Source of the DNA: an uncultured Gemmatimonadales bacterium
GTDB lineage: Bacteria; Gemmatimonadota; Gemmatimonadetes; Gemmatimonadales; GWC2-71-9
DNA: 64,000 bases
Direction of reading: 5' to 3'
Assembly (NCBI GenBank): GCA_963728915.1
Contig: CAVSLV010000001.1
Coordinates: forward strand, 576,001-640,000
The notes beneath the pieces are model-generated. The model was not told where the DNA came from and searched no databases. It saw only the letters and a list, made by a program, of their open reading frames with translations. A program made the translations under genes and the position numbers. Shown one piece after another: positions 30,644-39,475 of this stretch (its first letter is position 1; each line of letters starts with the position of its first letter).

Positions 30644-31744
30644 CTAGGGTTTCGGGGCCTTGGGGCCCGAGTCGGAGGCGGCGCCCGGAACGACCGTGGC
30701 GCTGTCCTCCACTCCGAAGGCACCGTGGGTCACGATCCGTTCACCAGCAGCGAGCCCTTTGGTCACCTCGACCATGCCGGCGTCCCGTCCTCCAATGGTG
30801 ATGGGACGGGCATGGGCCACGTTCCGGGCGTCGATCACGAAGACCTTGAAGCTCTCTCCCTCGGGCACCAGGGCTGCTTCGGGAACCAGGAGTGCTTCCG
30901 CCCGGTCGGCCACCGTGATCCCGACCGGAAGATTCTCCCCGATGCGCAACGGGCGCTGGGACCGGATGGCGCGGGCGCGCACCGGAACGCTGCGGGTTAA
31001 CGAATCCAGCGCGGCCCCCACGTCCACCACCCGCCCGGTCCCGAGTGGCTCGTCGCCTCCCCCTTCGGGCTCGAGCCTGACCAGAGCGCCGGGACGGATC
31101 CGGGCCGCTTCGAGGGGAGAGACCGAGATCTGGAGATCGAGCGCGCCGGGGTCGGCCACCTCGACCAGGGGCTGGTTGGCATCCACCGACGCGCCCAGGA
31201 CCGCGCTCATCTTCGTCACGACGCCATTGAGCGGTGACTCCATCGTGGCAAGCTCGGCCTCGCGACGGGACGCGACCGCTTCGGCGCGGGCCCGGGCCAG
31301 GTCGGCTTCGGCCTGATCGAGCTCGCGCCGGGCCAGGATCCCCTGGTCCACCAGCCGCTGGATTCGCTCCCGATTCCGCTCGGCGGTCTGGAGCGTGGTC
31401 TCGGCGCTCTGGGCCCGGGCCTGGAACGGCGCGGTCTCGAAGACCACCAGGACCTGTCCCTTCCGTACTCGCTGCCCGACCGCCGCGCTGACCCGCGTCA
31501 CCCGGGTGGCGGCCGGGGCACTGAGCAGAGCCACCGCCCCCGGCCGCGGCACCACGGTCCCGATCGCGTGGACCCGTTCGGTGAACGGGCCGGCCGTCAC
31601 CGGCACGATGGTCACGCCCTCGATCCGGGGAGTCTCGGGCGGGGCCTCGTCGGACGAGCCGCCGCCGCAACCCGTGCCTAACCCGGCGATCAGGGCCGCG
31701 AGCGCCGGCCGCCAGGGGAGCGAAGCCCGAAACGATCGGCTCAT
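30644..31744 (-). CDS. RND membrane fusion protein
   Basis: Lipobox-like GTGC, VGQRVRKGQ, alpha-hairpin, ESPLNGVV, LLVPEAAL and GLAAGERIVTHG. Confidence 0.9.
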   Translation of the reverse strand: MSRSFRASLPWRPALAALIAGLGTGCGGGSSDEAPPETPRIEGVTIVPVTAGPFTERVHAIGTVVPRPGAVALLSAPAATRVTRVSAAVGQRVRKGQVLVVFETAPFQARAQSAETTLQTAERNRERIQRLVDQGILARRELDQAEADLARARAEAVASRREAELATMESPLNGVVTKMSAVLGASVDANQPLVEVADPGALDLQISVSPLEAARIRPGALVRLEPEGGGDEPLGTGRVVDVGAALDSLTRSVPVRARAIRSQRPLRIGENLPVGITVADRAEALLVPEAALVPEGESFKVFVIDARNVAHARPITIGGRDAGMVEVTKGLAAGERIVTHGAFGVEDSATVVPGAASDSGPKAPKP

Positions 31745-32955
31745 GGGATCTCCGTGGTCGCCGAGAGGGTGACCAGCCGCACCACCGCGATCGCGGTCCA
31801 GGCCGCGGCAAGGTCGTCGAGATAGCCCGCCAGCACTTCGCGCGCGTTGCGCTGGGCTTCCAGCACGTTGGCGAGCGGAGCGGCCCCTTCGCGGTAGGCG
31901 ATCAGCGACAGATTGGCGACCCGGTTGGCGCTCGCGACCAGCCCTTGATCGCGGTTCACCCGCGCCAGGGCCAGGTCGCGATCGCGGAGGGCCCGGGCAA
32001 TCTCCGCAGCGGCTTCGACCCGGGCCAGCGCGAGGGCCGCCTGGGCGCGGTCCCGATCCGCGAGGGCCGTGACGATGGGCCCGCGGTTCCGGTTGAACAG
32101 GGGGAAGGGAATGCTCACCCCGACCGTGGGCAGGATTCCCGGCTCACTCCCTTCGGGGTCGTAGTTCTCGAATCCGGCACTGAGACTGGGAGGGCCGAAC
32201 ACGTTCCGGCGCTCGGCCCGGAGCGCCAGCTCGGCGGCTTCGAGATCAGTGGTGGCGGCGGCGACCGACAGGGGTGGCTCCGACGGCACCGCGGTCCGGT
32301 CGGGGGGCGGCGGCGCGAGCGAATCTGCCAGGGAGATCCGCACCGAGTCGGCGCTCTGGCCCATGATCACCTGCAATCCGAGCAGCGCGGTGAGAAGATC
32401 GAGCGAATCGGTGGTGGCCGTATTGGCCTGTTGCCCCGCAAAGATCGACGCCAGCTCCACGTCGAGGTCGCTCGCGTCGCCGGCGTCGCGCCGGGCGGCC
32501 GCGATTTGTCGAAGGGAATCGGCGTCCTGGGCGTTGCGACGGGAGAGCCGGGCGCGGGCCTGGGCCACCAGGGCCCGGGTATAGGCGGTATCGGCGTCGA
32601 GCGCTGTCGCGGCCCGCTCGAAGCGGTACCGATAGCCGGCCGAGGTCCGTCCCGCCCGCGCCGCGCCGATCCGGGCCGAACGCTGCCAGGGGTACTCGAG
32701 CGGGAGATCGAGGCTGAAGTGGTAGCGGGGAACCGACTTCGAATAGCCCGCGGAAAGCGCCGGGTTAGGGAACATCCGGGCGGTGAAGAGCTGGCCCAGT
32801 GCGGCGGTGGTATCCGCGGCGGCCAGGCGGAGCCGGGCCCCCTGCGCCAGGGCGGTGGCGATCGCCTCGTGGCGGGTGATCGGGTTCGCCGGCCCCTGCG
32901 CGGGACTCGATCGCACGAGTCCGAGAGCTGTTGCGAGCGGCAGAAATCGGCGCAC
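31741..32955 (-). CDS. TolC-family outer membrane efflux protein
   Basis: FPNPALS, AGDASDLD, SIPFPLFNRNRG and AYREG..LANVLEAQR; first gene of a TolC-MFP-RND-YncE operon. Confidence 0.88.
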   Translation of the reverse strand: MRRFLPLATALGLVRSSPAQGPANPITRHEAIATALAQGARLRLAAADTTAALGQLFTARMFPNPALSAGYSKSVPRYHFSLDLPLEYPWQRSARIGAARAGRTSAGYRYRFERAATALDADTAYTRALVAQARARLSRRNAQDADSLRQIAAARRDAGDASDLDVELASIFAGQQANTATTDSLDLLTALLGLQVIMGQSADSVRISLADSLAPPPPDRTAVPSEPPLSVAAATTDLEAAELALRAERRNVFGPPSLSAGFENYDPEGSEPGILPTVGVSIPFPLFNRNRGPIVTALADRDRAQAALALARVEAAAEIARALRDRDLALARVNRDQGLVASANRVANLSLIAYREGAAPLANVLEAQRNAREVLAGYLDDLAAAWTAIAVVRLVTLSATTEIP

Positions 32956-32991
32956 CGGCGCAATATAGCGGCCGGCGGTACGAGAGGGAGT

Positions 32992-33012
32992 TCGTTTATG
33001 AATTTGTCAGGT
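32992..33012. promoter_or_regulatory. Candidate response-regulator binding site (copy 1)
   Basis: Minus-strand ACCTGACAaattcATAAAcGA in the tolC/yncE divergent region; 15 of 21 positions match the site at 38748-38768. Confidence 0.55.
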
Positions 33013-33072
33013 AGACCGGCGAGAGAGTTGCAAAGGCAACGGAAACTGCTTACTTGCCCGCAGGAGGTTCCC

Positions 33073-34092
33073 ATGTACCGACTCGTCATCATCCTTTCGC
33101 TGATCACGGCTCCCACGCTCCAAGCTCAGGAGCCCGCCCCGTACCGCATCACCCACACGTTTGTCCTGGGTGGAGAGGGTGGCTGGGATTATGTCATCCC
33201 GGATCCGCCCAATCATCGGCTCTTCATTGCCCGGCAGAACCGCGTCATGGTGGTGGACGCCACCGATGGGAGACTGCTCGGGGAAGTCACCGGGATCAAC
33301 GGCGGGCACGGTGTTGCCCTGGCCCCCCGGAGCGGACACGGCTTCGCCACCTCGGGGAACGACGCCAGCGTGGTCATGTTCGATCCGTCTTCCTTCAAGG
33401 TGCTTGGCCGGATTCCCGCCGCCGAGGATGCCGACGCCATCATCTATGACGCTCAGTCGAACCGGGTCTTTACGTTCAACGGCGACGCGCACTCGTCCAC
33501 GGTGGTGGATCCCGACGCCGGACGCTTGGTGACCAATATTCCGCTTGGCGGGAAGCCCGAGTCGGGAGTGTCGGCGGGCAACGGCAAGGCCTACGTGAAT
33601 ATCGTGGACAACGGGGAAGTGGTGGAGATCGACACCAAAGCGTTGACCGTCACCCGGCGCTGGTCCACCGCGCCATGCCGGCAGCCGGTGGCGATGGCGA
33701 TCGACACGGTGCATCACCGCCTGTTCAGCGGATGCCGCAGCGGCGTGCTGGCGGTGTCGGACTACCAGGCCGGCAAGGTGCTGGCGACGGCACCGATCGG
33801 GAGCGGGGTGGACGGCGCTGCGTTCGACCCCGCGACCGGAGATATTTTCGCCTCGAACGTGGACGGCACCCTCAGCGTCATTCACGAGGACGATCCGGAC
33901 CACTACCATGTGGTGCAGGACCTCACCACGGCACCCAGCGGCCGCAACATGGGACTCGACCCGACCACTCACAAGGTGTATGTCGTGGCGGCGAAGTTCG
34001 GGTCGGCTCCCGCGGAATCCACCGCTGCCAATCCGAGGCGGCGTCCGCCGGTCCTGCCGGGCTCCTTCATGCTGATGGTGATCGAGCGGTGA
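33073..34092 (+). CDS. YncE-family secreted beta-propeller
   Basis: AGGAGG SD; signal peptide; GGEGGWDY, GGHGVA, DADAIIYD, GRNMGLD and PGSFMLM. Confidence 0.87.
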   Translation: MYRLVIILSLITAPTLQAQEPAPYRITHTFVLGGEGGWDYVIPDPPNHRLFIARQNRVMVVDATDGRLLGEVTGINGGHGVALAPRSGHGFATSGNDASVVMFDPSSFKVLGRIPAAEDADAIIYDAQSNRVFTFNGDAHSSTVVDPDAGRLVTNIPLGGKPESGVSAGNGKAYVNIVDNGEVVEIDTKALTVTRRWSTAPCRQPVAMAIDTVHHRLFSGCRSGVLAVSDYQAGKVLATAPIGSGVDGAAFDPATGDIFASNVDGTLSVIHEDDPDHYHVVQDLTTAPSGRNMGLDPTTHKVYVVAAKFGSAPAESTAANPRRRPPVLPGSFMLMVIER

Positions 34093-35530
34093 GGGGCAGA
34101 CGGAGCACAAACACCGACCCGTCCACCGAGGAACGGGCAAGTTCGAGGCTGCCCCCATGCTCCTCGGCGATCCAGCGTGCGATGGAAAGCCCCAGTCCGG
34201 CCCCACCCGTTTCGTGGTTTTCGTTGTTGTCGTGTGAACGCGCCACATCGGCCCGGACAAACCGCTCGAAGATGTGGGGCTGGAGGTCCTCCGGAATGCC
34301 GGGTCCGGTGTCGGCCACCTCGAGCCCGTAACGCTCACCATCGGTCTGGAGGCGCACGCTGACCACGGCGCCCGCCGGGGAGTATTTGATCGCGTTATCC
34401 AGGAGATTCAGAATCAGGCGGTGCAACAAGGCTTCATCCCCGGCCAACGGTGCCTCCCCGGGGGCGTCCAGGGTCACCGTGATGCGACGACGCTCGGCCA
34501 GGGCCCGCACCGCGCGGACGCAATCCGCGAGCACCTCATCGAGATACAGCGGCTCGCGCCGAACCGGAAATTCCCCTGCGTCGGCGCTGGCAAGCAGGAA
34601 CAAGTCGTCCACGATCAGGCGCATCCGGCGACCGGCATCCCGGATGATGGACAGGGAGTCCTTGTAATCCTCGGTTTCGCGTTCCGGCCGCGAGAGCGCC
34701 AGGCTCGACTCGTGCTGGACCACCGCAACCGGGGTCCGCAGCTCATGCGAGGCATCGGCCATGAATTGGCGTTGGCGCGCGAACGCCTGTTCCAGGCGAC
34801 CGAGCAGGTCGTTGATCACGGTCGCGAGCTGCCCCACCTCATCGGCGGGATTCCCGATCGGCACCCGCTCGCTCAGGTTGGTGGCCCCGATGCGGGCCGC
34901 CCGTTCGCGCATGGTCACCATCGGCTCGAGGCTCCGGCGCGCCAGAAGGGATCCGCTCAGGCCGGCCAGGATCAGGGCGACGGGCACCGAGATGAACACC
35001 GCCCGTCGCGCCTGCGCCAGGGTTTCCTCCTCCTCGTCCAGTGACACCGCCGCCACGGCGCTGAAGCGTCCATCAGGCATGGTCACTGGGGCGATCGCGG
35101 CACGATAACCACCCTCCCGGTTCGGGAGCGTCACCACCCAGGTGTCGGTTGCTCGCTCCTGGACGGCTATCCGTCCAAGCCGTGCGACATCGAGAGGAGG
35201 AGCGGCTTCCTCATCGGCCGGTACCGGCGCCCCAGGCAGGCTGGTGGCGACGATCGATCCGGCGGAGTCGAATACCAGGAAATTGATCCGCTGAAAGTGC
35301 AGATCGTGGAGCACATCCCGGGCGGCGGCGCCCATCGTGGGCTTGTGTCTCCGCTCGGAGAGGAGCTCGGTCGTGAGATTGGAGACCGCATCGACCACCA
35401 TAGCGTCGGTGCGGGCTCGGCTGGTAGCCACGACGAACTCATAGGCGCCGGCGAGAAAGATCGTGAGCAGCACCGCGAGCATCGCGATATACCAGAGGGT
35501 CAACCGAGCCCGGACCGACGCGCGCATCAC
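34067..35530 (-). CDS. HAMP sensor histidine kinase (CusS/QseC-like, OmpR-family partner)
   Basis: Two TM segments, HAMP, FMADASHELRTP, NLLDNAIKY, DTGPGI and GAGLGLSIA. Confidence 0.92.
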   Translation of the reverse strand: MMRASVRARLTLWYIAMLAVLLTIFLAGAYEFVVATSRARTDAMVVDAVSNLTTELLSERRHKPTMGAAARDVLHDLHFQRINFLVFDSAGSIVATSLPGAPVPADEEAAPPLDVARLGRIAVQERATDTWVVTLPNREGGYRAAIAPVTMPDGRFSAVAAVSLDEEEETLAQARRAVFISVPVALILAGLSGSLLARRSLEPMVTMRERAARIGATNLSERVPIGNPADEVGQLATVINDLLGRLEQAFARQRQFMADASHELRTPVAVVQHESSLALSRPERETEDYKDSLSIIRDAGRRMRLIVDDLFLLASADAGEFPVRREPLYLDEVLADCVRAVRALAERRRITVTLDAPGEAPLAGDEALLHRLILNLLDNAIKYSPAGAVVSVRLQTDGERYGLEVADTGPGIPEDLQPHIFERFVRADVARSHDNNENHETGGAGLGLSIARWIAEEHGGSLELARSSVDGSVFVLRLPLTARSPSA

Positions 35531-36219
35531 TCGACCCCAGGGGCGGCGGAGAGGTCGGCGAGCAGATACCCGGCCCCCCGCCGGGTATGGATCAGCGGAA
35601 TGGAGGCTCCGCCGTCCACCTTCCGGCGCAGCCGCCCGATGTAGACCTCGAGCGCATTCGAGAACGGATCGTGATTGTCGTCCCAGACATGCGCGGAGAT
35701 CTCGGCCCGGCTAGTCACCGTTCCCGCATGGCGAGTCAGGTATTCGAGCATCGCGTATTCGGTACCGGTGAGCCGGAGGGCACGGCCACCGCGGGTCGCG
35801 GTCTGGGTGCGCGGGTCGACCACCAGGTCGCCCACTGTCAGGACCTGTGGCGCGATCGCCGGCTGGCGGCGGTGCAGCGCGCGGAGCCGGGCGAGCAGCT
35901 CCTCGAACTCGAATGGCTTGGTGAGGTAGTCGTCGGCGCCCGCGTCCAGCCCCTGGATCTTGTCCCCGAGCCGGCCGCGTGCGGTCAGCATGAGGATCGG
36001 TGCGCGGACGTCGCGGGCCCGTAATGCGCGGGCCACGTCGAAGCCGTCGCGTCGGGGAAGCATCACATCGAGGATGATGGCGTCGTACACGTTGCGAAGT
36101 CCCTGGGAGACCGCGGCCTCGCCATCCTCCACCACGTCGATGGCGTGGCTCCGCTCCCGCAGCCCCTTGCTGAGCGAACGCGCGAGCAGGGAATCATCCT
36201 CGGCGAGAAGAATCCGCAT
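35527..36219 (-). CDS. OmpR-family response regulator (CusR/QseB-like)
   Basis: LLAEDD, ILDVMLP, GADDYLTKPF and winged-helix segment LEVYIGRLRRK..TRRGAGY. Confidence 0.94.
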   Translation of the reverse strand: MRILLAEDDSLLARSLSKGLRERSHAIDVVEDGEAAVSQGLRNVYDAIILDVMLPRRDGFDVARALRARDVRAPILMLTARGRLGDKIQGLDAGADDYLTKPFEFEELLARLRALHRRQPAIAPQVLTVGDLVVDPRTQTATRGGRALRLTGTEYAMLEYLTRHAGTVTSRAEISAHVWDDNHDPFSNALEVYIGRLRRKVDGGASIPLIHTRRGAGYLLADLSAAPGVE

Positions 36220-36255
36220 CGGGGCTCAAGATACGTCGCCGGGACCGGGATAAGC

Positions 36256-38724
36256 CTACGGGATGGCCGGATCGAGCAGGGCCGGCTCCTTGGTCGGCTT
36301 GCCGAACATCCAGTTGATATTGAGGAGCAGTCCGCGGATCTTCCGCCGCCGCTCGGTCACCTGGGTGAACAGCGGGTCGATCGTGGTGTTGCGCTCGAAC
36401 CAGGTGTTGAATGGATCCGTGATCCGGAGCGTCAGGCTGAGCCGGTCGTTCACCAGCTTTTGCCGGACCGCCAGGCTGATCCGGGTCTGGCTGGCGTTGC
36501 GTCCCTGCTCGACTGTCGTCGCGCCCCGATAGACCACGATCGCCTGCATGTCGAACGTCCCCGAGAACCGGTACGACACGTTGGCCCGAGCGGTCCAGCC
36601 GAAGGTCCTCGCGTTGAGCCCCGGCCCGACGTTGGAGGCATCGCTGACCTGCCGGAACGCGCTCGCCCCGACGAACCCACTCAGCCGTCCCTGCCCGGAC
36701 AGCGCCACCGTGGCATCGGCCCCGAATGCGTCGGTGGTGGCGATGTTCGCGAACGTCCGGGTCGTCACTCCGGCACTGTCGATGCTCCGGATGCTCCGGA
36801 CCGCGTCGAGCGTATGCCGGTAGAACGGTGACAATTGCATCGTCAGCCGCTGGTGGGTTCGCTGCAGTCCCAGCTCGAACGCCCGGATGTATTCCGGTTT
36901 CAAGTCCGGGTTGCCGACCGACAGGTTGAGCGGGTCCTGATAGTGGGGGGTCGGGTCGAGCACATCGGTGTCGTCGGGGCGCCGGATCCGGGTCGAGTAG
37001 CTCAGCTTGATCTGATGACTGTCGTCGACATTCCAGGCGATCAGCCCGCTCGGGAACACGCTGTTGTAGGGGTTCGCGTAGGTCGCGCCGATGGTATTCA
37101 GGTGGAATCGGGTCGTGGCGCGCTCGACCCGGACTCCGCCCTGCATGGTGAACTCGCCGAGCTGGGCATCGAGGATGGCGTACCCCGCATTGACCACCTG
37201 GCGCCAGGTGAAATCCCGAATGCGGGAGGAATCCGGCTGATAGGACGCTTGTGCCGAATCGAAGACCTGGGTGTCCAGGGTGGTATGGATGCGGAGGAGG
37301 GATCCCTTGTAGCCCGCCTCCAGTCGCCAGTTTTTCCCCAGCGGCCGGGTGTAGTCCACCTTCAGTGATCCCTCGCGGGGACGCTCCCACGCGGTCTGAT
37401 TCTCGAGCGCCGAGGTGCCCAGCGGCGTGCCGTCGAGCGACAGGGTCCGGCCCACGATATTCCCCGGCCCGCCTTCCTGATCCCGGGTGAGGGTCAGCTC
37501 GCTCGATACCTTGTGTCCCTTGGCGGCAAAGCTGTGCCGGTACCCGAGGGTCCCTTCGAGACTCGACTCGTTGCCCTTGCCATTGGTCGTCCGGTCCGAG
37601 AGACCGGTGAGGGTTCGCGAAGCGTCGAGGTTGCGATAGGTCAGGGCATAGGTGTCTTTCTGATCCCGAGTGCTGAACAGCCCGTCCAGGGCCAGCTCAT
37701 CGTGGTCGGAAAGATCGTAATTCACGCTGCCGGTCATGGTGTGGGCCAGGGGAAGCTGAAGCCGGGTTCCGATCTCATCCAGGTAGGTGATCGGGTCGGC
37801 GTACAGGTTCTGGCGGAAGATCGTATCGCTCCGCGGGCGCCGGTCCCGGAGGAAGCCGTAGCTGCCATACAGGGTCAGCGGCCCGTGCTGGTATCCGAGA
37901 TTGGCGCCGAGGTTGATCTGGCCGGTCGTGCCGCCGGCAATGGTGAACCCGCCGCTGGTTCCAGCATCGGCGTCCTGCTTGAGCACGATGTTGATGATTC
38001 CCGCCGTTCCGGTGGGGTCTTCCCTGGCAGAGGGGTTCGGCACCACTTCGATTCGATCCACGATGCCGGCGGGAAGCTGGGCCAGAAAATTCCCCAGCTG
38101 GGCGGGCTTCATCGGGCTGGGGCGGCCGTTGATCTGCACGATTACCCCGGAGTTGCCCCGGAGGCTGATGATGTTGTCGATGTCCACGTCCACCGACGGC
38201 ACATTGCGGAGAACATCGAGCGCCGTGCCTCCCCGGGTCGTGGGCATATCCCGCACCACATAGGTGCTTCGGTCCGGAGCGAGCTGGATGTCCTGCCGCT
38301 GGCTCCGGACCTCCACGGCCTGCAGCTCGACCGCGACCGGGGTCAGCTCCACTGTTCCGAGATCCACGCCCGGGGTGGATGCATCCAGGGTGACCTGCAC
38401 GTCCTTCGCGGCATAGCCGATCGCGACAATCCGGACCCGGAAGCGCCCCGAGCCGAGGCCGGTAATGCGGAAGGTGCCGTCGGAGCCGGCCTTGGCTCGG
38501 ACCACCGGCGTCGAGCGGTCAGCGCCGGTGGCAGCTATCGTGGCAAGGCCGACCGGCGCCTGGCTCTGTGCGGCGACCACGCGTCCACGGATCTCGCCGC
38601 GGACCGGGCCTCCCTGGGCGGCGAGTTGCTGTGTGGCTGCAAGGAAAAGTATCCCGAAGAGGAACTGCAGACGCGGCGTGACGCTCAAGAGAGCTCCGTT
38701 GGTCCTGGGGATGGCCGGTCCCAT
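36256..38724 (-). CDS. TonB-dependent-receptor-like outer membrane beta-barrel with N-terminal carboxypeptidase-regulatory-like domain
   Basis: Signal peptide; GRVV..DGTFRI; plug motifs DVLRNVPSV and IEVVPNPSA..GTAGIINIVLK; GNPDLKPE; C-terminal NWMFG. Start is uncertain (ATG 38724 or TTG 38688). Confidence 0.85.
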   Translation of the reverse strand: MGPAIPRTNGALLSVTPRLQFLFGILFLAATQQLAAQGGPVRGEIRGRVVAAQSQAPVGLATIAATGADRSTPVVRAKAGSDGTFRITGLGSGRFRVRIVAIGYAAKDVQVTLDASTPGVDLGTVELTPVAVELQAVEVRSQRQDIQLAPDRSTYVVRDMPTTRGGTALDVLRNVPSVDVDIDNIISLRGNSGVIVQINGRPSPMKPAQLGNFLAQLPAGIVDRIEVVPNPSAREDPTGTAGIINIVLKQDADAGTSGGFTIAGGTTGQINLGANLGYQHGPLTLYGSYGFLRDRRPRSDTIFRQNLYADPITYLDEIGTRLQLPLAHTMTGSVNYDLSDHDELALDGLFSTRDQKDTYALTYRNLDASRTLTGLSDRTTNGKGNESSLEGTLGYRHSFAAKGHKVSSELTLTRDQEGGPGNIVGRTLSLDGTPLGTSALENQTAWERPREGSLKVDYTRPLGKNWRLEAGYKGSLLRIHTTLDTQVFDSAQASYQPDSSRIRDFTWRQVVNAGYAILDAQLGEFTMQGGVRVERATTRFHLNTIGATYANPYNSVFPSGLIAWNVDDSHQIKLSYSTRIRRPDDTDVLDPTPHYQDPLNLSVGNPDLKPEYIRAFELGLQRTHQRLTMQLSPFYRHTLDAVRSIRSIDSAGVTTRTFANIATTDAFGADATVALSGQGRLSGFVGASAFRQVSDASNVGPGLNARTFGWTARANVSYRFSGTFDMQAIVVYRGATTVEQGRNASQTRISLAVRQKLVNDRLSLTLRITDPFNTWFERNTTIDPLFTQVTERRRKIRGLLLNINWMFGKPTKEPALLDPAIP

Positions 38725-38747
38725 GGCCTCCGAAAGGTAGACGCCGA

Positions 38748-38768
38748 ACCTGACAGCCAGATAAAAGA
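38748..38768. promoter_or_regulatory. Candidate response-regulator binding site (copy 2)
   Basis: ACCTGACAgccagATAAAaGA. On the minus strand, TGTCAG is followed 10 nt later by a -10-like TACCTT upstream of the barrel gene. Confidence 0.55.
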
Positions 38769-38824
38769 GGCAACGCGAGAATCGATTCGATATGTTGGAC
38801 CCGGCCTCAAGTGGGATGTCTGCC

Positions 38825-39289
38825 ATGCAACCGATCACCCCAGTACGAGCAGCGTGGCTGTTCCTCGTCGTCTGCTTTGGTGGGACAACTTTCGCGGCGG
38901 CTCAGGCGAAACCGGCGAAGCCGGCCCTGCCGCAAGCGGTGAGCAGTGCCTTTCACCAGGCCTATCCGTCGGCAACGATCCTGTCCTGGAGCCGTGAGAA
39001 GGACAACGGCAAGGTGGTCTACGAGGTCGAGAGTCGTGACGGAACCACTCGGCGTGACCTCCTGTACTCTCCCGCCGGAGAGACCCTGGAGATCGAGGAG
39101 ACCATCCCTGCAGCCGATCTGCCCGCGCCGGTGCAGGCCGCATTGAAGTCCGCTGCTCCTGGGGCCACGGTTACCCGAGCCGAACGAGTCACCCGGGGCC
39201 CGGTTGTCACGTACGAGCTTGCCATCAAGGTTGGCGGCAAAACCTCAAGCCTGGCGTTCGACCCGGATGGCAAGCCCGTGAAACAGTAA
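38825..39289 (+). CDS. PepSY-like (BLIP-like/DUF2874-type) periplasmic protein
   Basis: Signal peptide; two repeats, LPQAV..F..AYP..YEVE..YSPAG and LPAPV..L...PG..YEL..FDPDG. Confidence 0.8.
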   Translation: MQPITPVRAAWLFLVVCFGGTTFAAAQAKPAKPALPQAVSSAFHQAYPSATILSWSREKDNGKVVYEVESRDGTTRRDLLYSPAGETLEIEETIPAADLPAPVQAALKSAAPGATVTRAERVTRGPVVTYELAIKVGGKTSSLAFDPDGKPVKQ

Positions 39290-39475
39290 GCCAGGATCGC
39301 GAAGCGGTAGACCAGCTTTCGTACCTCGTGCTCGATCGCCCGGCCTTGATGGTGCCAGTTGGGAACTTGGCCAGAGCGGATTCTCCCACTGTGAGGCAGG
39401 GATGACAGCCCCGTGGGTGTCATGTTCCCGTCCTGTCGGCTCAGTACTCTAACCCGCGAGCACTCCCCGGAACCG

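Noticed and set aside
31945..33072. 5' extension of the 715-aa ORF (likewise 59622-60185, 56357-58258 beyond 57874, and 42881-44350 beyond 44056)
   Set aside because: These run antisense to or overlap other genes; internal starts fit the family N-termini and signal peptides.
39290..39423. Short minus-strand reading frame between the PepSY and deacetylase genes
   Set aside because: No SD or recognisable motif, and it runs antisense through the PepSY gene.
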